A DNA stretch of 36,455 nt from an uncultured Gemmatimonadota bacterium (GCA_937871775.1 CALMOP010000050.1:1-36455), one strand, 5' to 3'; shown: positions 1 through 9,073, numbered from the stretch's first letter. Program-made: numbers and translations. The notes: generated by a model from the letters alone, not told the origin.

Positions 1-577
1 AGGGGGAAGTCAGGTTGACGGCGCCCGTGAACGACGGGCTCCCGACCGGCACGACGTTGTGAACTCCGCCTACCTGGACCCACCGAAGCGCGCCGCCGAC
101 CGGGATGGTATCGACCGCTGGACCCTGGGAATTGTTGCGAACACTCTGGAAGAAGAAGTCCTGGGCATTGACCACCCGTACCGGCTTGACCGTCAAATTG
201 AAGTCCAGGGTAGTCCCGGCAACCGAGGTGGTGGTCGCCCTGATGAGCGCTGGACCGTCGGTGGCGCCTGCGGTCACCCCGATGCTCGCCACTCCCTGAG
301 CGTTGGTGACCGAGCTGGCGCCTCCAAGGACCAGCGAGCCGCTCTGGACCTCCCAGTTCACCGTGATCTGGCTGACCCCATTCAGGTCCTGGTCGGTGAC
401 CTTGACCTGCAGATTCTGGGTGAATCCTGCGGTGACCAGGGCCGACTGGCCGTCACCGGCATTCCTGGTGAACAAGGCTGGCGGACCCGCGGAATTGTTG
501 TCGGTCCCTCCGCCACCGCAGGCCGCCAGCATCGTCACGGCGACCGCCCAGCGGGCCATCATTAACCGGTCACGCAT
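1..577 (-). CDS. Lipoprotein, 3'-truncated by the window edge: signal peptide, Ig-like domain, then the start of a cupredoxin/plastocyanin-like domain
   Basis: Absent from the ORF track because there is no stop codon inside the window. The reverse strand has GGGAGGT a few nt upstream of the ATG at 577. Translation: MRDRLMMARWAVAVTMLAACGGGGTDNN... (lipobox LAAC), then ...VKVTDQDLNGVSQITVNWEVQSG... (Ig-like), then ...FFFQSVRNNSQGPAVDTIPVGGALRWVQVGGVHNVVP (plastocyanin-like HNVV motif). Third codon positions are GC-rich. Confidence 0.75.
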   Translation of the reverse strand, partial: MRDRLMMARWAVAVTMLAACGGGGTDNNSAGPPALFTRNAGDGQSALVTAGFTQNLQVKVTDQDLNGVSQITVNWEVQSGSLVLGGASSVTNAQGVASIGVTAGATDGPALIRATTTSVAGTTLDFNLTVKPVRVVNAQDFFFQSVRNNSQGPAVDTIPVGGALRWVQVGGVHNVVPVGSPSFTGAVNLTSP

Positions 578-905
578 TGCACCTCCCTTTTTCAATCATG
601 GTTCCGGGAAACATCGGGTGGGAACTTCTTCCGCCCGCCACCAATCGTCAGGCGTCGTTAGCGTCTGACCCGTTCCGGGGTGATCAGAATCTCGTTGCTG
701 ACCCGAAACGCTACAGCTGGAACGCGGTGAGAGTGTGGCGGCGCGGGCCGAGGTCGCCGCGACACCCGACACCTGCACCTGCTGCCGGTCCCGCCCACAC
801 TCGCAGACCGGCCCCGGATCGGGTCCCCACTGTCCCGGCGCCAAGCACCGGCTGTTATCTTGATAGTGCTGAGCCCCGAGACACTCGAAAGCGAGCGATA
901 ACCCC

Positions 906-3900
906 GTGGAACTCAACGTGTTCGAGACTGCCAACGCAGGCTTCGCCCAGTTGATGTACGAGGAGTACATGCGAGACCCCAAATCGGTCTCCGAGGAGTG
1001 GCGTCGCTTTTTCGAGACCGGGCCCGGTGGCATGGCCCCCGAAACAGCGGGGAACGGCCAGGCTGCAGCAGTCACCCCCGCTCCGATTGCAAGTTCAGCG
1101 CCAGCGGCCCCGGCGGCGAGCGCTGGTTCCGAGCCCCCGCCTTCGCTTGGCCCCACGCCGATCACCGGCCCCGCCGCTCGGCTGGTGCAGAACATGAACG
1201 AGAGCCGCTCCATCCCCACCGCGACCAGTTTCCGCGAGATGCCGGTCTCCATGCTGGAGACCCGGCGCCGGGAGCTGAACGCCGCGCTGCGGGCGGCTGG
1301 CCGGCCGGAGAAGGTGTCTTTCACCCACCTGATCGGCTTCGCCGTGGCCCGGGCCGCGGCTCGTCACCCGGCGCTGACCACGGTGTATGCCGAAGTGAAG
1401 GGTCAGCCGCATCGGATTCCCGGCGGCCGGATCAACCTGGGCATCGCGGTGGACGTGGAACGGAAGGACGGCAGCCGGGGCCTGGTGGTGCCGGTCATCC
1501 CCGACCTGGCTGGCAAGAGTTTCGCCGAGTTCCACGGGGTTTACGAGGCGCTGGTTGAGAAGGCCCGGAGCAACAAGCTGCTTCCCGATGCCTTCAGCGG
1601 CGCCACCATGACCCTGACCAACCCGGGCGGCCTCGGGACCGTTGCCTCGGTGCCGCGGCTGATGCCGGGACAGGGCAGCATCATCGCCGTCGGCGCGATC
1701 GGCTACCCGCCCGCGTTCAGCGACCTGCCCGACGACCGGCTGCGGGAACTGGGCATCGCGAAGGTCATGACCGTCACCAGCACGTATGACCATCGCGTCA
1801 TCCAGGGGGCCGAGTCGGGGGAGTTCCTGCGCACGGTGGATGAGCTGCTGCAGGGCGACGGGCGGTACTACGAGGAGGTGTTCGCCAGTCTCGGACTGGC
1901 TCCGACCGCCGGATCCACCCCGACCGAGGCCTCCGGGCCGCGGCCGACTCGCGGGACCCAGCCGCTGCTGGAATCCCAGGCCGACCTGTACCACGTGGGC
2001 GCGGCGATGGCCCTGGTCAAGGCTCATCGCACCCACGGGCACCTCGCCGCACGGCTGGATCCGCTCGGCAGCGAGCCGCTGGGCGATCCGGCCCTGGATC
2101 CGGCCCCGCTGGGCCTGACCCCGGAAGCCATGGCGGGCATACCCACCGTCGTGCTGCGCATCTCCACCCCGGGCCAGACCCTGGCTGAAGCACTCCCCAA
2201 GCTGCACGAGGCCTATTGCGGCACCATGGCCTACGAGCTGGAGCACATCTCCAACCACGGCGAGCGGGTGTGGCTCCGGCAGATGATCGAGACCTCCCAC
2301 CATCGAGAGCCGCTGACGCCGGAAGCGCAGAAGGCGCTGTACCAGCGGCTGATCGAGGTGGAGGCCTTCGAACGGTTCCTGCACAAGGCTTACCTGGGCC
2401 AGAAGCGGTTTTCCATCGAGGGCGTGGACCTGCTGGTCCCGATGCTGGACCTCCTCATTGAGCTGGCGGCCCAGCAGGGCGCCCGGGAGGTGGTGATCGG
2501 CATGGCCCACCGGGGTCGGCTGAACGTGCTGGCCCACACCGTGGGACGGCCCTACGAGACGATCTTCGCCGAGTTCGAGGGAGCCAAGCACACCGAGCTC
2601 GGCCAGGTGAGCCCCGATGGCGGTACCGGGGACGTGAAATACCATCACGGGGCCGAAGGCTCTTACAAGACCCGGAGCGGGAGAGTGCTGACGGTGACCC
2701 TGTCGCCCAACCCCAGTCATCTCGAGTTCGTCGGACCGGTGGTGGATGGCCGGGCCCGCGCGGAGCAGACCAGTCGCAAGGGACGGGAGCCGCATCATGA
2801 TCCCACCGCCGCGCTGCCGGTGATCATTCACGGCGACGCCGCCTTTGCCGGACAGGGGGTGGTGAGCGAGACCCTGAATCTGGGTGCGCTCGAGGGATAT
2901 CGCACCGGCGGGACGGTGCACATCATCACCAACAATCAGGTCGGTTTTACCACCGACATGATCGACTCCCGTTCCACCCGCCACGCCAGTGACCTCGCCA
3001 AGGGCTTCGACGTTCCCATCATCCACGTCAATGCCGATGACGCCGAGGCCTGCCTCGCCGCAGTGCGGCTGGCGATGGCCTACCGGGAACGGTTTCATGA
3101 AGACGTGCTGATCGACCTGGTCGGCTACCGCCGCCACGGCCATAACGAGGGTGATGAACCGTCCTATACCCAGCCCCAGATGTATGAGCGGATCCGGACC
3201 CTGCCCACGGTGCGGCAGCGCTACGCTGAGGTCCTGGCCCGGAATGGGGTGCTCTTGGCGGAGCAGAGCGAGGCCCTGTCGAACGCCGGGTACCAGCGGC
3301 TGGTGGAGATTCAGCAATCGTTCAAGGCCAGCGTGACCCAGCCGGCCCACCAGGAGCATCCCAAGCCACCGGAGCGCTCCTCGGGCATCGAGCCCGAGAC
3401 CGCACTATCGGTTGAACTGCTGAAAGGACTCAACGAGGAGCTGCTCACCCGACCCGAGGGGTTCACGGTCAACCCCAAGCTGGCGAGGCAGCTGGACCGG
3501 CGCCGCACGGCGCTGGGGCCCGAGGGGGGGATCGACTGGGCCCACGCCGAGGCGTTGGCGCTGGCGGGGCTGCTGGTCGAAGGGGTGCCGATCCGGCTGA
3601 CCGGCCAGGACACCGAGCGGGGCACATTCAGTCAGCGCCACCTGGTCCTGCACGACGCGGTCTTGGGCAGGAAGTACGCGCCGATCAAGCACCTCCCCGG
3701 CGCGTTGGCGAGCTTCGAGCTGCACAACAGTCCGCTGTCGGAACTGGCCACCCTGGGATTCGAATACGGCTACAGCGCCGCGGCGCCCGAGACGCTGGTG
3801 CTGTGGGAGGCCCAGTTCGGCGACTTTGTGAACGGGGCCCAGGTGATCGTGGACCAGTTCATCGTGTCGGGGCTTTCCAAGTGGGGCCTGACCACACGCC

Positions 3901-4559
3901 TGACGCTGCTGCTGCCGCATGGCTACGAAGGTCAGGGCCCAGAGCATTCCAGCGCCCGGCTGGAGCGGTTCCTGCAGCTGTGCGCGGAAGGCAACATCCG
4001 GGTGGTCAATCCGACCACGCCGGCCCAGTACTTCCACCTGCTCCGCCGGCAGGCCAAGCGGAGCCGCCAGCGGCCGCTGATCGTGATGACCCCCAAGAGC
4101 CTGCTGCGGCTGCCCCAGGCCTCCAGCCGCATCGACGAGCTGGCCGGCGGCAGCTGGCGCCCAGTGCTGGACGACCCCGCTGCCACCCCGCACCGGGGCC
4201 GGGTCCGCCGGCTGGTGCTGTGTTCGGGCAAGGTGTACTACGACTTGCTCGCCGCCGCGGCGGGACAGGACCGGTCCCGCTTCGCGCTGGTCCGGCTGGA
4301 GCAGCTCCACAGTTTTCCGGAGGAGGAGCTGCGCAGCCTCTGCGCGGAGTATCCGGCGCTGGCCGAGGTGGTGTGGGTGCAGGAAGAGCCCCGGAACATG
4401 GGGGCCTGGCATTTCGTGGAGCCCCGGCTGCGGGAAGTACTGCCGGCCGGGATGGAACTCCGCTACGCCGGCCGACCGGACCGGGCCAGCCCGGCGGAAG
4501 GCTACCCCGCCGCGCATGCCGCGGAACAGAAGCGGATTGTGGAACAGGCCCTGCGATAG
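906..4559 (+). CDS. sucA: 2-oxoglutarate dehydrogenase E1 component fused to an N-terminal E2 (succinyltransferase)-like catalytic domain (OdhA/Kgd type)
   Basis: 1217 aa ORF with a GTG start. The N-terminus FETANAGFAQLMYEEYMRDPKSVSEEWRRFF resembles SucA/Kgd N-termini. An Ala/Pro linker follows. The acyltransferase domain carries TYDHRVIQGAESGEFL. The E1o core carries GDAAFAGQGVVSETLN...ITNNQVGFTT (ThDP motif) and GYRRHGHNEGDEP. Confidence 0.95.
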   Translation: MELNVFETANAGFAQLMYEEYMRDPKSVSEEWRRFFETGPGGMAPETAGNGQAAAVTPAPIASSAPAAPAASAGSEPPPSLGPTPITGPAARLVQNMNESRSIPTATSFREMPVSMLETRRRELNAALRAAGRPEKVSFTHLIGFAVARAAARHPALTTVYAEVKGQPHRIPGGRINLGIAVDVERKDGSRGLVVPVIPDLAGKSFAEFHGVYEALVEKARSNKLLPDAFSGATMTLTNPGGLGTVASVPRLMPGQGSIIAVGAIGYPPAFSDLPDDRLRELGIAKVMTVTSTYDHRVIQGAESGEFLRTVDELLQGDGRYYEEVFASLGLAPTAGSTPTEASGPRPTRGTQPLLESQADLYHVGAAMALVKAHRTHGHLAARLDPLGSEPLGDPALDPAPLGLTPEAMAGIPTVVLRISTPGQTLAEALPKLHEAYCGTMAYELEHISNHGERVWLRQMIETSHHREPLTPEAQKALYQRLIEVEAFERFLHKAYLGQKRFSIEGVDLLVPMLDLLIELAAQQGAREVVIGMAHRGRLNVLAHTVGRPYETIFAEFEGAKHTELGQVSPDGGTGDVKYHHGAEGSYKTRSGRVLTVTLSPNPSHLEFVGPVVDGRARAEQTSRKGREPHHDPTAALPVIIHGDAAFAGQGVVSETLNLGALEGYRTGGTVHIITNNQVGFTTDMIDSRSTRHASDLAKGFDVPIIHVNADDAEACLAAVRLAMAYRERFHEDVLIDLVGYRRHGHNEGDEPSYTQPQMYERIRTLPTVRQRYAEVLARNGVLLAEQSEALSNAGYQRLVEIQQSFKASVTQPAHQEHPKPPERSSGIEPETALSVELLKGLNEELLTRPEGFTVNPKLARQLDRRRTALGPEGGIDWAHAEALALAGLLVEGVPIRLTGQDTERGTFSQRHLVLHDAVLGRKYAPIKHLPGALASFELHNSPLSELATLGFEYGYSAAAPETLVLWEAQFGDFVNGAQVIVDQFIVSGLSKWGLTTRLTLLLPHGYEGQGPEHSSARLERFLQLCAEGNIRVVNPTTPAQYFHLLRRQAKRSRQRPLIVMTPKSLLRLPQASSRIDELAGGSWRPVLDDPAATPHRGRVRRLVLCSGKVYYDLLAAAAGQDRSRFALVRLEQLHSFPEEELRSLCAEYPALAEVVWVQEEPRNMGAWHFVEPRLREVLPAGMELRYAGRPDRASPAEGYPAAHAAEQKRIVEQALR

Positions 4560-4582
4560 GCGACACCGGGACCGGAAGCATC

Positions 4583-4610
4583 ACGGGCGGCGAGACCTTC
4601 CGCCGCCCGT
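4583..4610. terminator. Hairpin terminator between convergent sucA and the HNH gene
   Basis: ACGGGCGGCG-agaccttc-CGCCGCCCGT: a 10-bp perfect stem with an 8-nt loop, followed by tgctcttgg. It starts 24 nt after the sucA stop. Confidence 0.7.
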
Positions 4611-4637
4611 TGCTCTTGGTCCGGGTCGCTGCCGCGC

Positions 4638-5063
4638 CTAGTGGCGGCCGTTGTGGCTGTGGGGCACGAACCGGGGGGCGGTCGGCGGCAGCCAGTCCCG
4701 CTCGGAGGTGCTGCGGATCAAGTCCTTCACCCAGTCCGACAGGTGCTCACCGTAGTGCAGCAGGAACACCCCGCGGGAGCGCTTCTGCGCGATGAAGGCG
4801 ACGAAGGGGGTGTCCGCCTTCACCGCATTGCAGACCTGACAGGCGATCACCAGGTTGTCGGGACGGTCATAGGCCGTCTGGCCCTTGCGGGGATAGACGT
4901 GATCCAGGGTGGTGCGGTCCTCGGGAATCTCCACGCCACAGTAGGCGCACACCGAACCGTACTGGTCGATCAACCACCGGCGATGGGCATCCATCGAGCG
5001 GCGGCCGAGGCTGCGATCTCTGGGCGGGGGAGAAGAGGGACGACGACGATCTGCTCGTGACAC
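4638..5063 (-). CDS. HNH endonuclease (small stand-alone, McrA-like)
   Basis: 141 aa. Motif CAYCGVEIPEDRTTLDHVYPRKGQ...DNLVIACQVCNAVK (Cys pairs plus His-Asn-Asn/His core). GTG start at 5063 is preceded by GAAGGA 6 nt upstream. Confidence 0.85.
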   Translation of the reverse strand: MSRADRRRPSSPPPRDRSLGRRSMDAHRRWLIDQYGSVCAYCGVEIPEDRTTLDHVYPRKGQTAYDRPDNLVIACQVCNAVKADTPFVAFIAQKRSRGVFLLHYGEHLSDWVKDLIRSTSERDWLPPTAPRFVPHSHNGRH

Positions 5064-5238
5064 AACTATCCTTCAGTGAATGGGTCCAGCGAATGGGTAC
5101 AGAGGCCCCTCCGCAGTTATAGGTCAACTCAAATCTAGATATGAACCCTCCGTCGAACCAGTCCCCGGCCGGGACCGGGGAGCCCGGTGGCCTGCGACTG
5201 AGGGGCGGACGGGCGGACGGCGGACGGGGTCCCCCCGT

Positions 5239-5244
5239 TATAAT
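5239..5244 (+). promoter_or_regulatory. Putative -10 box (perfect TATAAT) for the VOC gene
   Basis: TATAAT lies 33 nt upstream of the ATG at 5277, which is rare in this GC background. The region where a -35 would sit holds three tandem GGCGGAC units (about 5204-5226) and has no good TTGACA match. Confidence 0.35.
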
Positions 5245-5276
5245 GCGGAGCCTGCCGATTCCCAAGGAGAGCCGCC

Positions 5277-5681
5277 ATGACGGTGAATCCGTTCGTGCAG
5301 CGCCTGACACCGGTCGTTTTTGTCGACCGGATCGAGCCCTGCCTCCCCTTCTGGACCGAGCGTCTCGGCTTCCAGAAGATCGTGGAAGTGCCCGGGCCCG
5401 ATGGCAAGCCCCAGTTCGCGCTGCTGGTCCGGGACACGGTGGAGGTGATGTACCAGACCTGGGCCGCCCTGGAGGCCGAAAACCAGGAAGCGGCCTCGGG
5501 CGCCCGGGGGCACTCGGTGGCACTGTACCTGGAGGTGGCCGATCTCAATGAGATCGACCGGGCGCTGGTCGACTTGCCGCGGGTGGCGAATCGTCATCGG
5601 ACCTTCTACGGCATGGAGGAATTCACCGTGCGGGCGCCGGGCGGGGTGCTCACCACCTTCGCGACGCGGGTCGCCAGCTAA
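5277..5681 (+). CDS. VOC (glyoxalase / bleomycin-resistance / dioxygenase) family protein
   Basis: 134 aa. Strong SD AAGGAGA 7 nt upstream. Sequence VVFVDRIEPCLPFWTERLGFQKIVEVPGPDGKPQFALLVRD...LYLEVADLNEIDRAL is typical of single-domain VOC proteins. Confidence 0.8.
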   Translation: MTVNPFVQRLTPVVFVDRIEPCLPFWTERLGFQKIVEVPGPDGKPQFALLVRDTVEVMYQTWAALEAENQEAASGARGHSVALYLEVADLNEIDRALVDLPRVANRHRTFYGMEEFTVRAPGGVLTTFATRVAS

Positions 5682-5685
5682 GGGC

Positions 5686-6009
5686 TCAGCGCTGGAGCGC
5701 TCCGGCAAGGCGCGCCGCGCTCCAACCCAGCAGCACCGCGTAAAGCAGGGCCAAGCCGAGCAGCGCCGGCCCGGGGAGGCTGAAGACGGCGCCCAGACGG
5801 CCGGCCACCCGGTACAGCGGCCCGATCGGAAGGGTCAGCAGCAGGCCACCCCACGCCAGCCCCGCGGCCAGGCCGGCCATCCAGGCTCGGTGGGGGCCGC
5901 GGAACAGCCCCCACACCGCCGCCCCCATCGGCACGGCCCACCAGCCGCCCATCCAGGTCCCCGCCGCAAGCACCAGCGCCAGCACCAGCGCCTCGGTGAC
6001 GACTCTCAT
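5686..6009 (-). CDS. Small integral membrane protein (107 aa, 3-4 predicted TM helices)
   Basis: I use the internal ATG at 6009 of track ORF 5686..6348. This ATG overlaps the TGA stop of the upstream acylase gene (ATGA). Sequence MRVVTEALVLALVLAAGTWMGGWWAVPMGAAVWGLF... is very hydrophobic. Confidence 0.65.
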   Translation of the reverse strand: MRVVTEALVLALVLAAGTWMGGWWAVPMGAAVWGLFRGPHRAWMAGLAAGLAWGGLLLTLPIGPLYRVAGRLGAVFSLPGPALLGLALLYAVLLGWSAARLAGALQR

Positions 6010-8429
6010 GGCGCCGGCTCCAGCGTCAGGCGGCTGCTGGTCTCGGATTCGGGAAGCGGACCCTCGGGAAACCGCAGGGTGTCCAGCGCGCCCCTGGCCC
6101 AGCCCCCCAGCCGGTCCAGGTACCTTGAGCTGGCGGGATTGCCGGATTGCCCTCCGGGATAACTCCCCCACCCCCGCACCATCGGTCCCAGCTCCACCAC
6201 CATCCGCCAGCTGGATCCGAAGCCACCGCCGTCGCTGGAAGGGTTCAAGGTCGACTGCCCTCCGGTGATCGGCACCCGAAGGGCGGACAGGCCCGGGATC
6301 TGGAGCAGATGGCGGATATTCGCAAACTGGACCTGATCCCAGCGCCAACCCGGGCCGTCTGGCGCGCCATGCGCCAGGCGGACCTGCCCCAGGCCTTCCA
6401 CCAGGGCCCGGGAGAGCAGCTGGTCCCGGTCCTCGGTCGGCGCGGTGGCCCGATCATCCCACCAGGGGCTCCGTGGGTCCCGCAGCAGCGCGGCCACCAG
6501 GGCGAGTCCGGGTCGGGGACCCCGCTGCCGATCGGTACCCAGCTCATCCCACAGCAGCGTCTGCAGCCGCGCCAGGGCGGCTTCGTACAGAACCGCCCGG
6601 GTGTTGCTCTGCTCATAGCGGCGGTCCCACTGGGCCAGCAGGCGGGCAGCCTCACTCAGCTCCGGCTGCCCCGGCACGCGGCTCGCCGCGGCCAGAAACG
6701 CCGGTACGAAGAGGTCGGCCGCCGGACTCCCCGGGTCGGTCTGAAACCGCCGCATGTCGTCGGGTGTGAGCGCGCTGTCAGCCTGCAGCAATTGATTGAT
6801 GCGCACCGCCCGCCAGGGACTGTACCAATCAGCTCCCAGATAGGTCGAGTCCACCCGGGGGTCCAGCGGCTGCTGATTGGCGGAGGCGAGATAGCCCTGG
6901 GCGGGATGCCTGGCTTCCAGTCGCGACAGGGGCCAGCGGCCCTGCCAGTCGCCGTCGGAGCGGTCCCCCAACTGGACCAGGTCCCCACGGCCCCCGGGGC
7001 GAAGGGGAAACCAGCCGGTGGCCCGAATGGCGATGGTGCCGGCGCGATCGGCCACCAGCATGTTCTGGGCGGGCGCGCCAAATCCCTCGGTCGCGCTCAG
7101 GAACTCCCCTGCTGTCCGAGTCCGTGCGGCCCGGTCCAGCGTCCCCAGGGAGCCCCGGGCTTCCAGCACGGTCCAGCGCATCGAGACCCATCCGCCGAGT
7201 GCCGGATCCCGTCGTAGCGGCCCGCGATGAGTGAACCGCAGGGTATCGGTGGCGATGATGCGTCCGGAGGGGTCCCGGTACAGCTCGACCCGAAGCCGGA
7301 GCGGATGCCACGCCCCATCCAGGCGATACCGCGCCGGCGCCTGCGGCTCATCGACCCGTTCGGCGTACCAGTCCAGCACGTCCGCTTCGGTATTGGTGAA
7401 GGTCCAGGCGAGGTTGCGGTTGAAGCCGATGACGACGACGGGCGCACCTGGCAGGGTGACTCCATACACCTCCAGCGAGTCAGGCACGGTGAGCGCGGCC
7501 TCGTACCATAACGAAGGGAGGTCGAGTTCGAGGTGCTGGTCCCCCGCCAGCAGGGCATACCCCGCCGCGGTCCGGGACGGACTCACCGCCCAGTTGTTGC
7601 TGCCCACGGCGTCGGGTGTCAGGTCGGGATGCCAGGCAACCGGGCCGGAGTCCGCGTCGCCCGGCGGCGGCAGCGAGGTAATCCGGAACCGCGGGGCCAG
7701 CTCACCGTTGGGAATGATTGGCTGCTGCAACGGGGCGTGCATCGGAAACAGGGCCCGGGCCGCAGTCTCCCCAACCAATCGAGTGGCGGCTCGGAGTCGT
7801 TCCTCATGGCGGCTGTGGGCCAGGTTCCATCCCATGCGACCCAGCACATGCAGGCTGTTGATCGGGGACCAGCGTGCGGGGCGCCGACCCAGCAGCTGGT
7901 ACTCGAACGGTCGGATGGCCCGGCCACGGCCGTCCTGCCAGGCGGTCACCCCGTCCGCAAACGCCTGGAGCAGCCGGCGTTCGGGGTCCTCGGGAGGCAG
8001 CCCCGCCAAATACCGCTCGGCGGCATCGCCCAGCCCGAGGCTCCGGGCCTCCTGGTCCAGGGACAGGGCCGCGCTCCCCACCAGCTCCGTCAGGCGGCCG
8101 GCGCCGGAACGCCACAGAACTTCCAGCTGGAACAGCCGGTCCCGCGCCACCACATACCCGAGGGCCCGCACCGCATCCAACTCGTTCGTGGCGGTGATAT
8201 GGGGGACCCCCCGCCAGTCGTAACGAACCGCCACGGGGGCCGTGAGCCCCGCGAGCCGACCGTCGGCCCGGATGGGAAGTTCGGCCTGGCGGGCCACACT
8301 CCAGATCCCGTGGGCGGGGTCAAGCAGGGGGCCGATTGGAGGGAGGGGGCCCGGGGGAGCGCTGCCCAGGACGAACAGACCGACGAACAGCAGGGCGGCG
8401 GCCAGCACTCCCGCCCCGGGACGCGTCAC
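6006..8429 (-). CDS. Penicillin acylase / acyl-homoserine-lactone acylase family Ntn hydrolase
   Basis: 807 aa. N-terminal signal/anchor AGVLAAALLFVGLFVLGSA. Nucleophile motif GSNNWAVSPSRTAAGYALLAGDQH, typical of the penicillin amidase family beta-subunit N-terminus. The GTG start overlaps the stop of the upstream gene (GTGA). Confidence 0.9.
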   Translation of the reverse strand: MTRPGAGVLAAALLFVGLFVLGSAPPGPLPPIGPLLDPAHGIWSVARQAELPIRADGRLAGLTAPVAVRYDWRGVPHITATNELDAVRALGYVVARDRLFQLEVLWRSGAGRLTELVGSAALSLDQEARSLGLGDAAERYLAGLPPEDPERRLLQAFADGVTAWQDGRGRAIRPFEYQLLGRRPARWSPINSLHVLGRMGWNLAHSRHEERLRAATRLVGETAARALFPMHAPLQQPIIPNGELAPRFRITSLPPPGDADSGPVAWHPDLTPDAVGSNNWAVSPSRTAAGYALLAGDQHLELDLPSLWYEAALTVPDSLEVYGVTLPGAPVVVIGFNRNLAWTFTNTEADVLDWYAERVDEPQAPARYRLDGAWHPLRLRVELYRDPSGRIIATDTLRFTHRGPLRRDPALGGWVSMRWTVLEARGSLGTLDRAARTRTAGEFLSATEGFGAPAQNMLVADRAGTIAIRATGWFPLRPGGRGDLVQLGDRSDGDWQGRWPLSRLEARHPAQGYLASANQQPLDPRVDSTYLGADWYSPWRAVRINQLLQADSALTPDDMRRFQTDPGSPAADLFVPAFLAAASRVPGQPELSEAARLLAQWDRRYEQSNTRAVLYEAALARLQTLLWDELGTDRQRGPRPGLALVAALLRDPRSPWWDDRATAPTEDRDQLLSRALVEGLGQVRLAHGAPDGPGWRWDQVQFANIRHLLQIPGLSALRVPITGGQSTLNPSSDGGGFGSSWRMVVELGPMVRGWGSYPGGQSGNPASSRYLDRLGGWARGALDTLRFPEGPLPESETSSRLTLEPAP

Positions 8430-9073
8430 GGACGATACCGGGCCTTGAGCAGCCGGCCCCAGAACCAGCTCGCCGCCGCCACGGTGTGTGCTTCACCCTG
8501 TTCCGTGACCACCGGATGACCCTGGTTCACCCAGCGGAACACTCCGCCGTCGAGATTGGAGAGGCGCCGGTAGCCAGCGCGCGACAGCGCCACCACCATC
8601 GCGGTACCGCCAGCTCCGGCGGCGTCGTACACCACGATCGGCTGCTCATAGGGGATCCGCTGCAGCGGGGACAGGTCGGCGGCGGTGGGATCGAGATGGA
8701 CCGCGCCCTGCAGATGGCTGTGCTGGAATTCGGCCTGCACCCGCACATCCACCAGGAGCGGTGGTGGGCGCTTGGGATCCTGCATCCAGGAGACCAGCTC
8801 GGTCGGAGTCACCTGGCGAACCAGCGGGAACTTCATCACCAGCGCCTGGTGCAGCGCCAGGGTGCCCAGAGGGCTGCCATCCCAGAACAGGCCGCCGAGC
8901 AGGCCCGCCAGCAACACCAGGAACAGGATCCGCCGCTTGCGGGTCCTGGACTCCGAGACGGTGCGGGGCCTGACAGCTCCCTTGCTAACGCCGGCCTCCG
9001 GAACCGCGCCCACCCCGGTCCCGGTCGTCCAGCTTGCGGGACTTGGCCAGGTCGGCGGCCTGCTTGGCAGCAA
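8426..9073 (-). CDS. Membrane-anchored rhodanese-homology-domain protein lacking the catalytic cysteine
   Basis: One TM helix ([18 protein letters not shown]), then a rhodanese domain [23 protein letters not shown]...[37 protein letters not shown]. Asp occupies the active-site Cys position and the whole ORF contains no Cys. The start is uncertain: ATG 9073 or GTG 9013. Both overlap the upstream gene end at 8985. Confidence 0.8.
   Translation of the reverse strand: MLPSRPPTWPSPASWTTGTGVGAVPEAGVSKGAVRPRTVSESRTRKRRILFLVLLAGLLGGLFWDGSPLGTLALHQALVMKFPLVRQVTPTELVSWMQDPKRPPPLLVDVRVQAEFQHSHLQGAVHLDPTAADLSPLQRIPYEQPIVVYDAAGAGGTAMVVALSRAGYRRLSNLDGGVFRWVNQGHPVVTEQGEAHTVAAASWFWGRLLKARYRP

Noticed and set aside
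856-900. GTTATC...GATAAC inverted repeat and a TATCTTGATA mini-palindrome in the sucA upstream region.
   Set aside because: 6-bp arms separated by about 34 nt are expected by chance in a 330-bp intergenic region. There is no further support.
1095-3359. 754-aa minus-strand ORF antisense to sucA, together with 596..1324, 3405..4517, 3803..4795 and 4006..4584.
   Set aside because: All overlap the well-supported sucA frame and translate to R/G/P/A-rich junk with no recognisable motifs. They are typical high-GC antisense or off-frame ORFs.
5686-6348. The full 220-aa version of the small membrane protein ORF.
   Set aside because: Its first 113 codons overlap the C-terminal end of the acylase gene in another frame. 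The internal ATG at 6009 forms an ATGA stop/start overlap with the acylase.
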